From contig JAFXYF010000005.1 of assembly GCA_017541885.1 (NCBI GenBank), positions 7,835 to 71,834 on the forward strand: a stretch of 64,000 nt of DNA. The letters run 5' to 3'. The translations under genes were made by a program, and so were the position numbers. Origin of the DNA: Bacilli bacterium (GTDB lineage Bacteria > Bacillota_I > Bacilli_A > RF39 > UBA660). Below are positions 20,335-29,784 of this stretch, in pieces. Each line of letters starts with the position of its first letter. The stretch's first letter is position 1. The notes beneath the pieces are model-generated. The model worked only from the letters and a program-made list of their open reading frames with translations, had not been told where the DNA came from and ran no database searches.

Positions 20335-20356
20335 GGACTTCGGTCCTTTTTCTTTT
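20333..20356 (+). terminator. rho-independent terminator after secG
   Basis: AAGGAC-TTCG-GTCCTT followed by a T-run. Confidence 0.75.
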
Positions 20357-20416
20357 GCAAAAAGGACTAGTTTATAGTTTAAAAATAAAGTATAATAATA
20401 TAGAGGGTGTGATACT

Positions 20417-22525
20417 ATGAGAGATACCATTATGAATATATTAAAAAATGCTGATAAAGCTCTTGATATCTATGAATTACAAGATCGTTTAGGTATTAGT
20501 ACTGTAGAAGAGACTACTGAATTAATGAATGAACTTAAAAAATTAGAAAATGAAGTTGTAGTTTATCATTCTAATAAAGATAAATATATGTTAATTGAAG
20601 ATAGTCATTTGAAAAAAGGTATTATGAGAGCTAATAAGAGAGGCTTTGGATTTGTAGAAGTTCAAGGGTTAGAAGAAGATATTTATATTTCTCAGGATAA
20701 TATGAATGGAGCTATTCATGATGATGTCGTATTAGTAGAGATAACTAGTAAGATGAATTTAGATAGACTTGAGGGTAGAGTACTTCGTATCTTAGAGAGA
20801 AAGATGACTAATTTTATTGGTCTTATTACTTTTGATGAAAAAGGTGTAGGACATATTGAATTAGATGATAATAAGATTAAACTTAATATTGAAATACCTA
20901 AGGGTAAAGCAATGAATGCTGTTGATGGGCATAAAGTTGTAGTAAGACTTATGAAGAAAATGAATTCTTCTGGTAGATATGAAGGAAAAGTAATAGATAT
21001 TTTAGGACATAAAAATGATCCTGGAGTAGATATTTTATCTATTATATATAAGTACAATATTAATACTGATTACTCAGAGGATGTTAAAAGAGAAGTTAGA
21101 CAATTACCTATGGAAGTATCAGAAGAAGAGATGAAAGATAGAAGAGATTTAAGAGAAGAAGTAATCTTTACTATCGATGGAGATGATACTAAGGATATTG
21201 ATGATGCGATTAGTATTAAGATTTTAAATAATGGTCATTATCAATTAGGTGTTCATATAGCTGATGTTAGTTATTATGTTAGAGAAGGTACTGCATTAGA
21301 TGAAGAGGCAATGGATAGAGGAACTAGTGTTTACTTAGTAGATAGAGTTATTCCTATGCTTCCTCATGAATTATCTAATGGTATTTGTTCTTTGAATCCT
21401 AATGTGGATAGATTAGCTATTTCTTGTGTAATGGAATTTGATGGTGCTGGTAAACAAATAGATTATGAAATATTCCCTAGCGTTATTAGATCTAGAATTC
21501 AAATGACATATAAGAAAGTTAATAGTATTTTAGAAAAGAATGAGATACCTGAGGGATATGAGCCTTATGTTAATCATTTAAAATTAATGGAAGAGTTAGC
21601 TGAAATACTTAGAAAAGCTAAGGTAAAGAGAGGCTACATTGATTTTAATATCGATGAAGCTAAGATTCTTGTTGATGAGAATTGTGTACCTACTGATGTG
21701 GTTCTTAGAGATAGAGGTGCTGGAGAAAAGCTAATTGAAGACTTTATGATTGCAGCTAATGAGTGTGTTGCATCTCATATTTATTTCATGAATTTACCTT
21801 TTATATATCGTATTCATGAAACTCCAGAAGAAGATAAAATTCGTAGTTTCTTAGGATTTGTTAGTGGATTAGGATATCATGTTGATGGAGATTTAAGAGA
21901 TTTAAGACCTAAAGCTGTTCAAGGTATAGTTGATCAATTAATTGATAAACCTGAATATAAGATTCTTTCTACTTTACTTCTTAGAAGTATGAAGAAAGCT
22001 GTTTATAGTCCTGAAAATTTAGGACATTATGGTTTAGCAAGTGACTGTTATACACACTTTACTTCACCAATTAGACGTTATCCAGATACTACTGTTCATA
22101 GATTACTTCGTACTTATTTATTTGATGGTCATGCAGATATGCCTACAGTACGTAAGTGGGAAGAGAAGCTTGTATATATTGCAGATCATTCAAGTGAGAG
22201 AGAAAGAGCATCAATTGACTGTGAACGAGAAGTAGAAGATATGAAGATGGCTGAATATATGGAACAACATATTGGAGAAGAGTTTGAAGGTATGATTTCA
22301 TCTGTTACAAGTTTTGGTATGTTTGTAGAACTTCCTAATTTAATTGAGGGATTAGTTCCTTTAAGAGATATGGATGATTTCTATCATTTTGATGAAGAGC
22401 ATTTAACTTTAACTGGAGAAAAAACACATACAAGATATGTTATTGGAGAGAAAGTTATTGTTAAAGTTGTTAGAGCTAGTAAGGATGAGAAAACGATTGA
22501 TTTTGAAATAGTAAGAAAGGTTTAA
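20417..22525 (+). CDS. rnr: ribonuclease R
   Basis: 702 aa. N-terminal winged-helix/OB domains, an RNB domain (TIDGDDTKDIDDAIS, HFTSPIRRYPD) and a C-terminal S1 domain. Confidence 0.93.
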   Translation: MRDTIMNILKNADKALDIYELQDRLGISTVEETTELMNELKKLENEVVVYHSNKDKYMLIEDSHLKKGIMRANKRGFGFVEVQGLEEDIYISQDNMNGAIHDDVVLVEITSKMNLDRLEGRVLRILERKMTNFIGLITFDEKGVGHIELDDNKIKLNIEIPKGKAMNAVDGHKVVVRLMKKMNSSGRYEGKVIDILGHKNDPGVDILSIIYKYNINTDYSEDVKREVRQLPMEVSEEEMKDRRDLREEVIFTIDGDDTKDIDDAISIKILNNGHYQLGVHIADVSYYVREGTALDEEAMDRGTSVYLVDRVIPMLPHELSNGICSLNPNVDRLAISCVMEFDGAGKQIDYEIFPSVIRSRIQMTYKKVNSILEKNEIPEGYEPYVNHLKLMEELAEILRKAKVKRGYIDFNIDEAKILVDENCVPTDVVLRDRGAGEKLIEDFMIAANECVASHIYFMNLPFIYRIHETPEEDKIRSFLGFVSGLGYHVDGDLRDLRPKAVQGIVDQLIDKPEYKILSTLLLRSMKKAVYSPENLGHYGLASDCYTHFTSPIRRYPDTTVHRLLRTYLFDGHADMPTVRKWEEKLVYIADHSSERERASIDCEREVEDMKMAEYMEQHIGEEFEGMISSVTSFGMFVELPNLIEGLVPLRDMDDFYHFDEEHLTLTGEKTHTRYVIGEKVIVKVVRASKDEKTIDFEIVRKV

Positions 22526-22530
22526 GTAGT

Positions 22531-23742
22531 GTGAGTAGTATGGAAAAGAAAAGAATTAAAAAGAAGCCTTTAATTATTATTTTAGTATTATTAATACTTG
22601 TTGTTTGGGCAGTTGGTGCTTACTTATTATTTAAGAATACTGATCTTTTTACTAAAAAGGAAAAACCTAAAAAAGTAGAAGAAAAAATTAAAGTACAAAA
22701 AGAAGATGTAGATTATGAAGCAAAAGTATTTATGGTAGGAGATGCATTAATTCACTCTAGTATTTATATTGATGCTAGACAAAATGATGGTAGTTATGAC
22801 TTTAAACCTATGCTTCAATATATAAAACCAATTGCATCTAAATATGATATTGCCTATTATAATCAAGAAACAATTTTAGGAGGAGCTGATTTAGGTTATT
22901 CTAATTACCCTATGTTTAATACTCCTGATGCTTGTGGTGATGCATTTGTTGATGCTGGATTTAATATGGTTTCTTTAGCAACTAATCATACAATGGATAA
23001 AGGAGAAAGAGGTGTTCTACATTCAGTAGAGTACTGGAAGAAACATACTAATGTTGCTGCTTCTGGACAATGGTCAAGTTATGATGAGAGAAAAGCAAGT
23101 GTTGCAAAGGTATATGAAGTAAATCATATTAAGTATGCATTTATTTCTTACACTATTTGGACTAATGGACTTGAAACACCTCCTGGAAAAGATTACTTAA
23201 GTAGTTTATATAGTCCTGAAAAAGCAAAAGCTGATATTGAATCAGTTCGTGATAAAGTAGATTTTGTTATAGTTGCAATGCACTGGGGAACAGAATATGC
23301 TTGGAATGTAGATTGGAAACAAGATGAGATTGCTAAATATTTATCTAATCTTGGAGTAGATTTAATAATTGGAGCACATCCTCATGTTGTACAAACTGTA
23401 GAATATATTAACGATGGTAAGACTTTTGTGGTATACTCTTTAGGTAACTTTATTAGTGATCAATTAGATGTTGATAACTATACAGGTTTAGCAATGGAAG
23501 TAACATTAAAGAAACATGTAGGAATAGATGGTAAAACTGCTAATAGTGTAGTTGAACCAAAAGCAGAACTTATTTATACTACTGTTACACAAAGAAGAGG
23601 ATGGAGTTCTGACTTTAGAGTAAAGATGTATCCAACTCTTACTGATAGTGAACTTAGAAACCATAATAGTCACTATGAGAAATACAAAGCTATTGTTAAT
23701 AAAAGATATCCTAATTTGACTTGGGGACTTACTTGGGAGTGA
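22531..23742 (+). CDS. CapA/PgsA-family metallophosphoesterase-like membrane-anchored protein
   Basis: 403 aa with an N-terminal TM anchor. Motifs GDALIH, ATNHTMD, AMHWGTEY and SLGNFISDQ are typical of the CapA family. The start codon is uncertain (GTG 22531 or ATG 22540). The TGA stop is immediately followed by TAA. Confidence 0.8.
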   Translation: MSSMEKKRIKKKPLIIILVLLILVVWAVGAYLLFKNTDLFTKKEKPKKVEEKIKVQKEDVDYEAKVFMVGDALIHSSIYIDARQNDGSYDFKPMLQYIKPIASKYDIAYYNQETILGGADLGYSNYPMFNTPDACGDAFVDAGFNMVSLATNHTMDKGERGVLHSVEYWKKHTNVAASGQWSSYDERKASVAKVYEVNHIKYAFISYTIWTNGLETPPGKDYLSSLYSPEKAKADIESVRDKVDFVIVAMHWGTEYAWNVDWKQDEIAKYLSNLGVDLIIGAHPHVVQTVEYINDGKTFVVYSLGNFISDQLDVDNYTGLAMEVTLKKHVGIDGKTANSVVEPKAELIYTTVTQRRGWSSDFRVKMYPTLTDSELRNHNSHYEKYKAIVNKRYPNLTWGLTWE

Positions 23743-23746
23743 TAAA

Positions 23747-24184
23747 ATGGAAATAGTTAATAGAAAAGCTAGATTTGATTATTTTATTGAAGAAGAATAT
23801 GAAGCGGGAATTGTACTTTCTGGAACAGAAATTAAATCTGTTCGTAATGGACATTGTAATATTAAAGATTCTTATGGTATTATTCGTAATCATGAGGTTT
23901 TTCTATTAAATATGTACATTGGTCAGTACAAGGAAGGTAATATCTTTAATCATAATGAGACTAGAAGTCGTAAATTACTTTTACATAAAAAAGAAATTAA
24001 GAAGTTAGAGAATGCAATTAATACTTTGGGCTATACTTTAGTTCCTTTAAAAGCATATTTTAAAGATAATAATTTAAAAATACTTCTTGGATTATGTAAA
24101 GGTAAAAAGAATTATGATAAGAGAGAATCTTTAAAAGAAAAAGATATTAAAAGAGATGTTGAGAAGAATTTAAAAAGATATTAA
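23747..24184 (+). CDS. smpB: SsrA-binding protein SmpB
   Basis: 145 aa with NRKARFDY, AGIVLSGTEIKS and RKLLLHKKEI. Lies directly upstream of the tmRNA gene. Confidence 0.95.
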   Translation: MEIVNRKARFDYFIEEEYEAGIVLSGTEIKSVRNGHCNIKDSYGIIRNHEVFLLNMYIGQYKEGNIFNHNETRSRKLLLHKKEIKKLENAINTLGYTLVPLKAYFKDNNLKILLGLCKGKKNYDKRESLKEKDIKRDVEKNLKRY

Positions 24185-24225
24185 TTGTTAATATCTTTTT
24201 TTATCTTTATATTTTCTTTATTTTG

Positions 24226-24234
24226 TGGTATAAT
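24226..24234 (+). promoter_or_regulatory. extended -10 promoter element of ssrA
   Basis: TGGTATAAT (the TGnTATAAT pattern) ends about 10 nt before the mature tmRNA 5' end. Confidence 0.55.
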
Positions 24235-24244
24235 CTATACACAT

Positions 24245-24626
24245 GGGGATGACTTGGTTTCGACGGGAATAGTTGAGCATAGATGGCAAGTCGGGTGACT
24301 TCGTAAAAGTCAAAAAAAAATAAATGCAACAAAATTAAAAAATGCTATAGCAAATATGTTTGGTACTCGCCAAGCTGTTGCTTTTGCCTAATATAATTAA
24401 TAAGGCTAGCTCTTCTTTAGTAGTTTAACCTAGGACTACTTTAGAGGATCATTTTTATAGGTTATAGCTATCTTTTGTCTAGAAGATAGAAAGAATTTAA
24501 AGACTAGTATAGTAATTTGGTCGTTAACTACTTGATTATTATGCGAATATAATTAGTTAACTAAGCTTGTAGAAGTTTATGTAGCTCTATTTTCGGACAG
24601 GAGTTCGATTCTCCTCATCTCCACCA
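24245..24626 (+). ncRNA. ssrA: transfer-messenger RNA (tmRNA, SsrA)
   Basis: The 5' end GGGGATGACTTGGTTTCGACGGG and the 3' end GGACAGGAGTTCGATTCTCCTCATCTCCACCA form the tRNA-Ala-like domain. An internal tag ORF at 24326-24391 reads ATKLKNAIANMFGTRQAVAFA then stop. The gene is adjacent to smpB. Confidence 0.93.
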
Positions 24627-24639
24627 ATGTGAAGTTTAC

Positions 24640-24667
24640 ACGAGTCATTAACTTGATTCGTTTTTTT
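24640..24667 (+). terminator. rho-independent terminator after ssrA
   Basis: Stem ACGAGTCA/TGATTCGT (one G-U pair) followed by a T7 run. Confidence 0.7.
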
Positions 24668-24695
24668 ATGGACTTTTCATGATATACTATAATCG

Positions 24696-25295
24696 GTGAT
24701 GGCTATGATAAGAAAGGCGGATATTGGTACTAATATTTTTCTTAGTTTGTTATATCTTTTTTTAGCTGTTACTACTGGTCAGACAGTATTTTGGCTTTTA
24801 TTATTAATTAATGCTTTCCTTTTTGGAGTTTCAATTACTGTTAGTGTATTTAAAGCTGTACAAGATAGTGAAGGCATGGATTACGATAATATTATGTTAA
24901 AAGAGTTTTATAAGATTATTTGGTGTTATTACAATATCAATAATGATTATTATGGAAGCACTAATTTTTATAATGAATTGTATTTGATTAGATATTTTTT
25001 ATTAGATCTTTGTGCTAAAAAGAAATGGAATATATATTGGTTAAGAAATGATTATTCTTTTAATTATACAGTAAATGAACTTATGAAAATGGCTTATACT
25101 GATAAAAATGATTTTTATGCTTCTACTAGTATTACTTTTTCTTTTTTAGAGTTTAAAGAAAGCATGAAAAGATATTTTAGAGCTATAGAGATAAATGATA
25201 ATATTCCTTATTATTATAATGATCTACAATCAAATTTTTCTAATTTTTATAATACTATTGTATATACTCCATTATCTAAAGAAGCTAAATATTAA
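24696..25295 (+). CDS. hypothetical membrane protein with a Tyr/Asn-rich cytoplasmic domain
   Basis: About 197 aa. Two N-terminal TM helices precede a Y/N/F-rich domain. I recognise no family. The start is ambiguous (GTG 24696, ATG 24699 or ATG 24705). A terminator follows. Confidence 0.5.
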   Translation: MMAMIRKADIGTNIFLSLLYLFLAVTTGQTVFWLLLLINAFLFGVSITVSVFKAVQDSEGMDYDNIMLKEFYKIIWCYYNINNDYYGSTNFYNELYLIRYFLLDLCAKKKWNIYWLRNDYSFNYTVNELMKMAYTDKNDFYASTSITFSFLEFKESMKRYFRAIEINDNIPYYYNDLQSNFSNFYNTIVYTPLSKEAKY

Positions 25296-25427
25296 AGATG
25301 ATTTGTATCATCTTTTTTTTATATTAATAATTCTTATTGTAATATAAATATGTCATATATCTAATTTGTGTAAAATGTATGTATTAATATTTTTATTATG
25401 CTATACTTTTTTCTAGGAGGTTAGAGT

Positions 25428-26024
25428 ATGAAAGATATAAAAACTTTAATATTAAAGAGTATAGGAGCAGCATTTTTAATATCTTTAGGTAATTATGCAT
25501 TACTTAAACTTGGAAGTCCTATTGGACCTGTTATATTTGCATTTGGATTACTTGGAGTATGTTATTTAGGACAAAATTTATTCACAGGAAAGTGTGGATT
25601 CTTTATTGAAGATAAGATTCCTTTCGGTGACTTAATGATTATTTTGATTGTTAACTTAATCGCTGGTTATTTGTTTGGGTTATTATATAGTATTACTGAT
25701 ACTACTCTAATAAAAGTTGCAGTAGATAAGATAGCTACGTGGAGTTTTTCGTTAGAATTCTTAATTAAATCTTTTATGTGTGGAACTATTATGTATATTG
25801 CGGTTAAGATGTATAGAGAAAAGACTCCATTAGGAATTATATTTGGAATACCTTTATTTATATTTTGTGGTTTCCAACACTGTATTGCGAATGTGATTAC
25901 TTTGGGTGTTGCGAGAACATTTGACTCTTCATTAATTCTTGCGATTATAGGTAACTTTATTGGATCATTATTTTTCTGGTATATATCTAATAGTCAGGTG
26001 TTAGATACAAAAAAAGATAAATAG
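25428..26024 (+). CDS. short formate/nitrite transporter (FNT)-family-like membrane protein
   Basis: 198 aa, polytopic. FCGFQHCIANV resembles the FNT signature GFEHS(I/V)AN. AGGAGG RBS. It is shorter than classical FNT proteins. Confidence 0.5.
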   Translation: MKDIKTLILKSIGAAFLISLGNYALLKLGSPIGPVIFAFGLLGVCYLGQNLFTGKCGFFIEDKIPFGDLMIILIVNLIAGYLFGLLYSITDTTLIKVAVDKIATWSFSLEFLIKSFMCGTIMYIAVKMYREKTPLGIIFGIPLFIFCGFQHCIANVITLGVARTFDSSLILAIIGNFIGSLFFWYISNSQVLDTKKDK

Positions 26025-26109
26025 TAAAATTAAATCTCGATATGTCGAGATTTTTTTATTGTGTATTATTATTGTTTCATTATATAATTATTATATGAGG
26101 TGTTAGATA

Positions 26110-26970
26110 ATGAGAAGTAAATATGCTCGTAGAGTAAAAGATTTTAATGGTATGAATCAAATAGCAATTGATTTAAAACCACAAAGATGTGTTAGTGATG
26201 TTTATATTAATATGAAGATGGACATGACTAATGTTATTGATTATTTGGATAAGAAGAAAAAAGAAGGAGAACATATTACTTTGTTTCATGCTATTGTGAC
26301 TGCTGTTGGTATGGTTTTTTATAATAGACCTTATCTTAATAGATTTGTACAGGATAGACATATTTTTGAACATAAATACGTTGATATTAGTTTTGTTGCT
26401 AAAGTAGCTTTTAATGATACTGCTGAAGAGATGATGATTATCATTAGAGTTGATGAAGATGATAATTTAGAGACTATTAGTAAGAAGATTTATGATAAAG
26501 TTCATGGAGTAAGAGATAAAGATAAGAAGGTAGAGAAGAAGGGTGCTAATGGTATTATTGATGTTTTAGCTGGTCTTCCTAATCCTATTCGTATTCCAAT
26601 TGTTGGTCTTTTAAAATGGATGGATAGAAAAGGATGCTTACCTGATTCAATTTGTCAAGATAACTTATACTACAGTAGTATTATTTTATCTAACTTAGGT
26701 ACTTTAGGTTCAAATGCTATTTTCCATAATATTACTGATTTTGGTAATTCTAGTGGACTTGCCACTATTGGTGAAGTAAGAGATGAAGAAGTATTAATTG
26801 ATGGTAAAAAAGAAATTCGTAAGCGTTGTGAATTTGGTATTAACTTAGATGAAAGAATTGCTGATGGATATTATTTTGTTAGATCTGTTCAATTATTACA
26901 ATATATCTTTGATCATCCAGAATTATTAGAACAACCTGCTAATACTAAGATTGAAGTGGAAAAGAAATAG
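26110..26970 (+). CDS. stand-alone 2-oxoacid dehydrogenase acyltransferase (E2 catalytic/CAT-like) domain protein
   Basis: 286 aa. The C-terminal motif NLDERIADGYYF aligns with the E2 catalytic box DHRxxDG, but with Glu in place of His. No lipoyl or subunit-binding domains are present. Confidence 0.55.
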   Translation: MRSKYARRVKDFNGMNQIAIDLKPQRCVSDVYINMKMDMTNVIDYLDKKKKEGEHITLFHAIVTAVGMVFYNRPYLNRFVQDRHIFEHKYVDISFVAKVAFNDTAEEMMIIIRVDEDDNLETISKKIYDKVHGVRDKDKKVEKKGANGIIDVLAGLPNPIRIPIVGLLKWMDRKGCLPDSICQDNLYYSSIILSNLGTLGSNAIFHNITDFGNSSGLATIGEVRDEEVLIDGKKEIRKRCEFGINLDERIADGYYFVRSVQLLQYIFDHPELLEQPANTKIEVEKK

Positions 26971-26972
26971 TT

Positions 26973-27329
26973 ATGAAAGCATATAAAAAAGATGGTTTAA
27001 AAATTGATTTAGTAGATGTTGATTTAGATTATTTAAAAGAACAAATGGAAGAGTTTGTTAAGAAAGAACAATTAGATAAAGCATCTATATTAAAAAAATA
27101 TATTACTGCTTTAGAGGATTTAGAAAAAGAAGGAAAAGAAATAACTACTGAATTAATGGAGAATGTTGTTAATGATATTCTTGATAAGAATTATGAGAAA
27201 AGTAGAAAGCTAAAAGATGAAGTAGAAGAACTTGAAAAGGAGAATCAATTACTTAGTCAATATTCTATGAGAGAGATGGGTAATGATACTACTACTAGTA
27301 CTATTATTTCTATGATTAATTCGTTATAA
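26973..27329 (+). CDS. hypothetical coiled-coil protein
   Basis: 118 aa, rich in Lys and Glu with heptad-like character. A clean terminator follows (AAACTCAAACTTGAAGTTTGAGTTTTTTT). Confidence 0.45.
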   Translation: MKAYKKDGLKIDLVDVDLDYLKEQMEEFVKKEQLDKASILKKYITALEDLEKEGKEITTELMENVVNDILDKNYEKSRKLKDEVEELEKENQLLSQYSMREMGNDTTTSTIISMINSL

Positions 27330-27388
27330 ACTCAAACTTGAAGTTTGAGTTTTTTTATTCTATAATTACTTTAATAGGGAGTGATGGT

Positions 27389-27805
27389 ATGAATAACACT
27401 GATAAATTAAATGAGTGGATATTACAGAGTGCTGGAGCTGGACAATTGTCGATTGCAGATATAAGTGATGGACAACAGACTTTTGGTGAATTATATGATC
27501 AAAGAGATTTACTTATTTGTACTATCCTTAATTTTTACCCTGATATATCTTGGAAAACTAAAAAACATTTTAATGATAATATAAAAATAAATAAAGGTTA
27601 TTTTATTGCTGGTATGTATACTCCTTTTGGACAGGCAACATTTTATTTAAGAGAAAAATATTGGGAACTTATGCATGTTGCAGAACTTGATAAAGCTCCT
27701 AATTGTGATAATATGAGTTTTAAAGAGGCTTTAATTAGAGTATTTGCTTTAGGGGATATTGCTAATAGGTTTCATGATGATGGAGAAGATGGAAAGTTTA
27801 AATAA
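27389..27805 (+). CDS. hypothetical protein resembling the phage-associated WDGH-domain family
   Basis: 138 aa from ATG 27389 (GGGAG RBS; the track start lies inside the upstream terminator). SDGQQTFGELYDQRDLL...WKTKKHF...YFIAGMYTPFGQATFYL...LDKAPNCDNMS resembles, from memory, the SDGYHTFDELY...APEWDGH family. Confidence 0.35.
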   Translation: MNNTDKLNEWILQSAGAGQLSIADISDGQQTFGELYDQRDLLICTILNFYPDISWKTKKHFNDNIKINKGYFIAGMYTPFGQATFYLREKYWELMHVAELDKAPNCDNMSFKEALIRVFALGDIANRFHDDGEDGKFK

Positions 27806-27864
27806 CTTTCTTTTTTTTGAATAAAAAAAATAATTATTCTCATAATACTTGTAGGAGGATGATT

Positions 27865-28089
27865 ATGAAAGAATTATTATGTGTTCCAGAAGATACTATT
27901 ACTGGAAAAGATTTAGATTATTTAAGTGATATGTTTCAGTGGAATTATACTGCTTTTAAGAAGTGTTGTAATGATATGGAATATATCAATGATAAAGAAA
28001 TTAGTGAGTTTTTTGGTAAGACTTGTGATTTCTTTGAAGAAAACTTAAATATGATTTTAGATATTCTTGGAGGTGAAGATGATGAGTAA
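27865..28089 (+). CDS. small Coat F-like protein (weak)
   Basis: 74 aa with an AGGAGG RBS. ITGKDLDYLSDMFQWNYTAFKKC weakly resembles the N-terminal helix pattern of the Coat F domain. It overlaps the next CotF-like gene. Confidence 0.35.
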   Translation: MKELLCVPEDTITGKDLDYLSDMFQWNYTAFKKCCNDMEYINDKEISEFFGKTCDFFEENLNMILDILGGEDDE

Positions 28090-28393
28090 AATTTGTAATG
28101 AAACTACTTTAGTACCTAAAGGTATTGAATTAAATGAAAAAGACTATTGTACTTGTCTTCTTACTACTATAAAAGATATGGAGAAGAATTATGTAATTGC
28201 AATGACTGAGGCTAGTAATGAATACTTATATGGTAAATATAAAGAGTCATTTTTAAAACTTAGTGAATTACAAAGAGAGCTATATATTCTTATGTTTCAA
28301 AATGGATGGTATGTATTAGAGAGTGTAGAGGATAAGAAATTAAAAGAAAAATATAATACTTTAGATGATGATTATAGATCTCTTAGTGAGTAA
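28082..28393 (+). CDS. spore coat protein F (Coat F domain)-like protein
   Basis: 103 aa. LNEKDYCTCLLTTIKDMEKNYVIAMTEASNE...LQRELYILMFQNGWY matches the Coat F pattern, including the GWY motif. GGAGGTG RBS. Confidence 0.55.
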   Translation: MSKICNETTLVPKGIELNEKDYCTCLLTTIKDMEKNYVIAMTEASNEYLYGKYKESFLKLSELQRELYILMFQNGWYVLESVEDKKLKEKYNTLDDDYRSLSE

Positions 28394-28450
28394 GTTTTGA
28401 CATCTATTTTAAATTATGTTAGTATATTAACCCATCAGGGAGGATTTTTT

Positions 28451-29458
28451 ATGAAAAGAGTTGGCCCCTCGGTAAGAAAGATATTACATGCTTTTTTACT
28501 GGTGGCATTATCATTTATTATGATAATCAGTTGTTCTGCATATCGTAATTATGCTACTTTTCAAAGTATTAATGTTGTAGTTAAAGAAACTGCTTCTGTT
28601 GAGGTTGGTAGTGCAAATTATGATATCAAAAAATTGATAAAAGAGGTTGATGGTAAGATCGTATCTGTTAAACAAGATATTGATCCAAATGTCGTTGGTG
28701 CTCAAGAAGTTATTCTTGAAGTAAAAAAAGACAATATGATAAAAGAGGTTCCTGTTGTGATTTCAGTTATAGATACAGTTTCACCTGTAATTACATTAAA
28801 GAATGATAAAGTATCTATTACTGAAGGTGAAAAATATGATTTAGGCAATAATGTTGTATCTGTTTATGATGCAATAGATGGAGATATACCTTATATGGTT
28901 AATGCTCCTGTTGGTGCTAAATATTATTATGATTTCCAATATGAAGGAGATATTTATAGTGTAGGTAGTCATGAGATTACTGTTTATGCTTTAGATAATT
29001 CATTTAATCCTACTGTTTCTAAATTTACTTTAGAAGTTAAGGAAAAGCCTGTGTATTATCCAATTAGATATGGAGCACCTGCTAATCCTAAGGGAAATAA
29101 TGTAGTATCAATTGCATATTCTTTACTTGGAATGCCTTATATTTATAACTCTGCTGGTCCTTATGGATTTGATTGTAGTGGATTTGTTTCTTATGTATAT
29201 TCTTGTGTAGGTAAATCTGTTAGTAGAAGTACTTGGTCACAACAATATGAAGGAACAGGAGTAAGCTATTCTGAAATTCAACCTGGAGATGTTATTATTT
29301 GGGGTTATTCAGCTGGTAATCCTACTCATTCTTCAATTTATGTTGGAAATGGTATGATGGTTCATGCAGCTAATTCTGGTACTGGAGTTGTTCAAGATAG
29401 TGTTAACTATTGGTTAAATGGTTCTGGTACTCATATACTAACTGTAAGAAGATTCTAG
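28451..29458 (+). CDS. secreted or membrane-anchored NlpC/P60 cell-wall endopeptidase with Ig-like (DUF5011-type) domains
   Basis: The C-terminal domain has the catalytic GFDCSGFVSYVY and HSSIYVGNGMMVHA motifs. The middle repeat (DTVSPVITLKNDKVSITEGEKYDL...AIDGDI) is of the bacterial Ig-like type. An N-terminal signal anchor is present. Start at ATG 28451 after AGGGAGGA. Confidence 0.85.
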   Translation: MKRVGPSVRKILHAFLLVALSFIMIISCSAYRNYATFQSINVVVKETASVEVGSANYDIKKLIKEVDGKIVSVKQDIDPNVVGAQEVILEVKKDNMIKEVPVVISVIDTVSPVITLKNDKVSITEGEKYDLGNNVVSVYDAIDGDIPYMVNAPVGAKYYYDFQYEGDIYSVGSHEITVYALDNSFNPTVSKFTLEVKEKPVYYPIRYGAPANPKGNNVVSIAYSLLGMPYIYNSAGPYGFDCSGFVSYVYSCVGKSVSRSTWSQQYEGTGVSYSEIQPGDVIIWGYSAGNPTHSSIYVGNGMMVHAANSGTGVVQDSVNYWLNGSGTHILTVRRF

Positions 29459-29525
29459 AGCAATTATTTGCTCTTTTTTTGTATAAAAAAATAATATTAG
29501 GACATTCTAATAATGGGAGGTACAT

Positions 29526-29732
29526 ATGGAAACTACACAAAAAATATTATTAATAATTACCATTATTGGTGCGATTAATTGGGGTTTAGTAGGATTATTA
29601 GATCTTGATTTAGTGGCATTAGTATTCGGTGTACAAACAATATTAACTAGAATTGTTTATGGTATTGTAGCTGTTTGTGGTATTGTGAATATTGGAATAC
29701 TTATGAGCCATCTTGAATTTCAAAAAGACTAA
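29526..29732 (+). CDS. DUF378 family small membrane protein
   Basis: 68 aa with two TM helices and the IGAINWGLVGL motif typical of DUF378. Confidence 0.8.
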   Translation: METTQKILLIITIIGAINWGLVGLLDLDLVALVFGVQTILTRIVYGIVAVCGIVNIGILMSHLEFQKD

Positions 29733-29784
29733 TAGTCTTTTTTTTTATTAAATTTTATGTTATGGTTATTGTAGTGGGGGTAGT

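Noticed and set aside
24688-24707. Leaderless mRNA for the hypothetical gene after ssrA (a TATAAT box at 24688-24693 only 3-12 nt from the candidate start codons)
   Set aside because: TATAAT-like hexamers occur by chance very often in DNA this AT-rich, no -35 or TG extension supports it, and the true start codon is ambiguous.
24627-29458. Possible genomic island integrated at the tmRNA gene
   Set aside because: ssrA is a classic integration site and the downstream genes are mostly hypothetical. However, I see no integrase or recombinase and no phage or conjugation genes. I also found no downstream direct repeat of the ssrA 3' end, and the composition does not visibly change.
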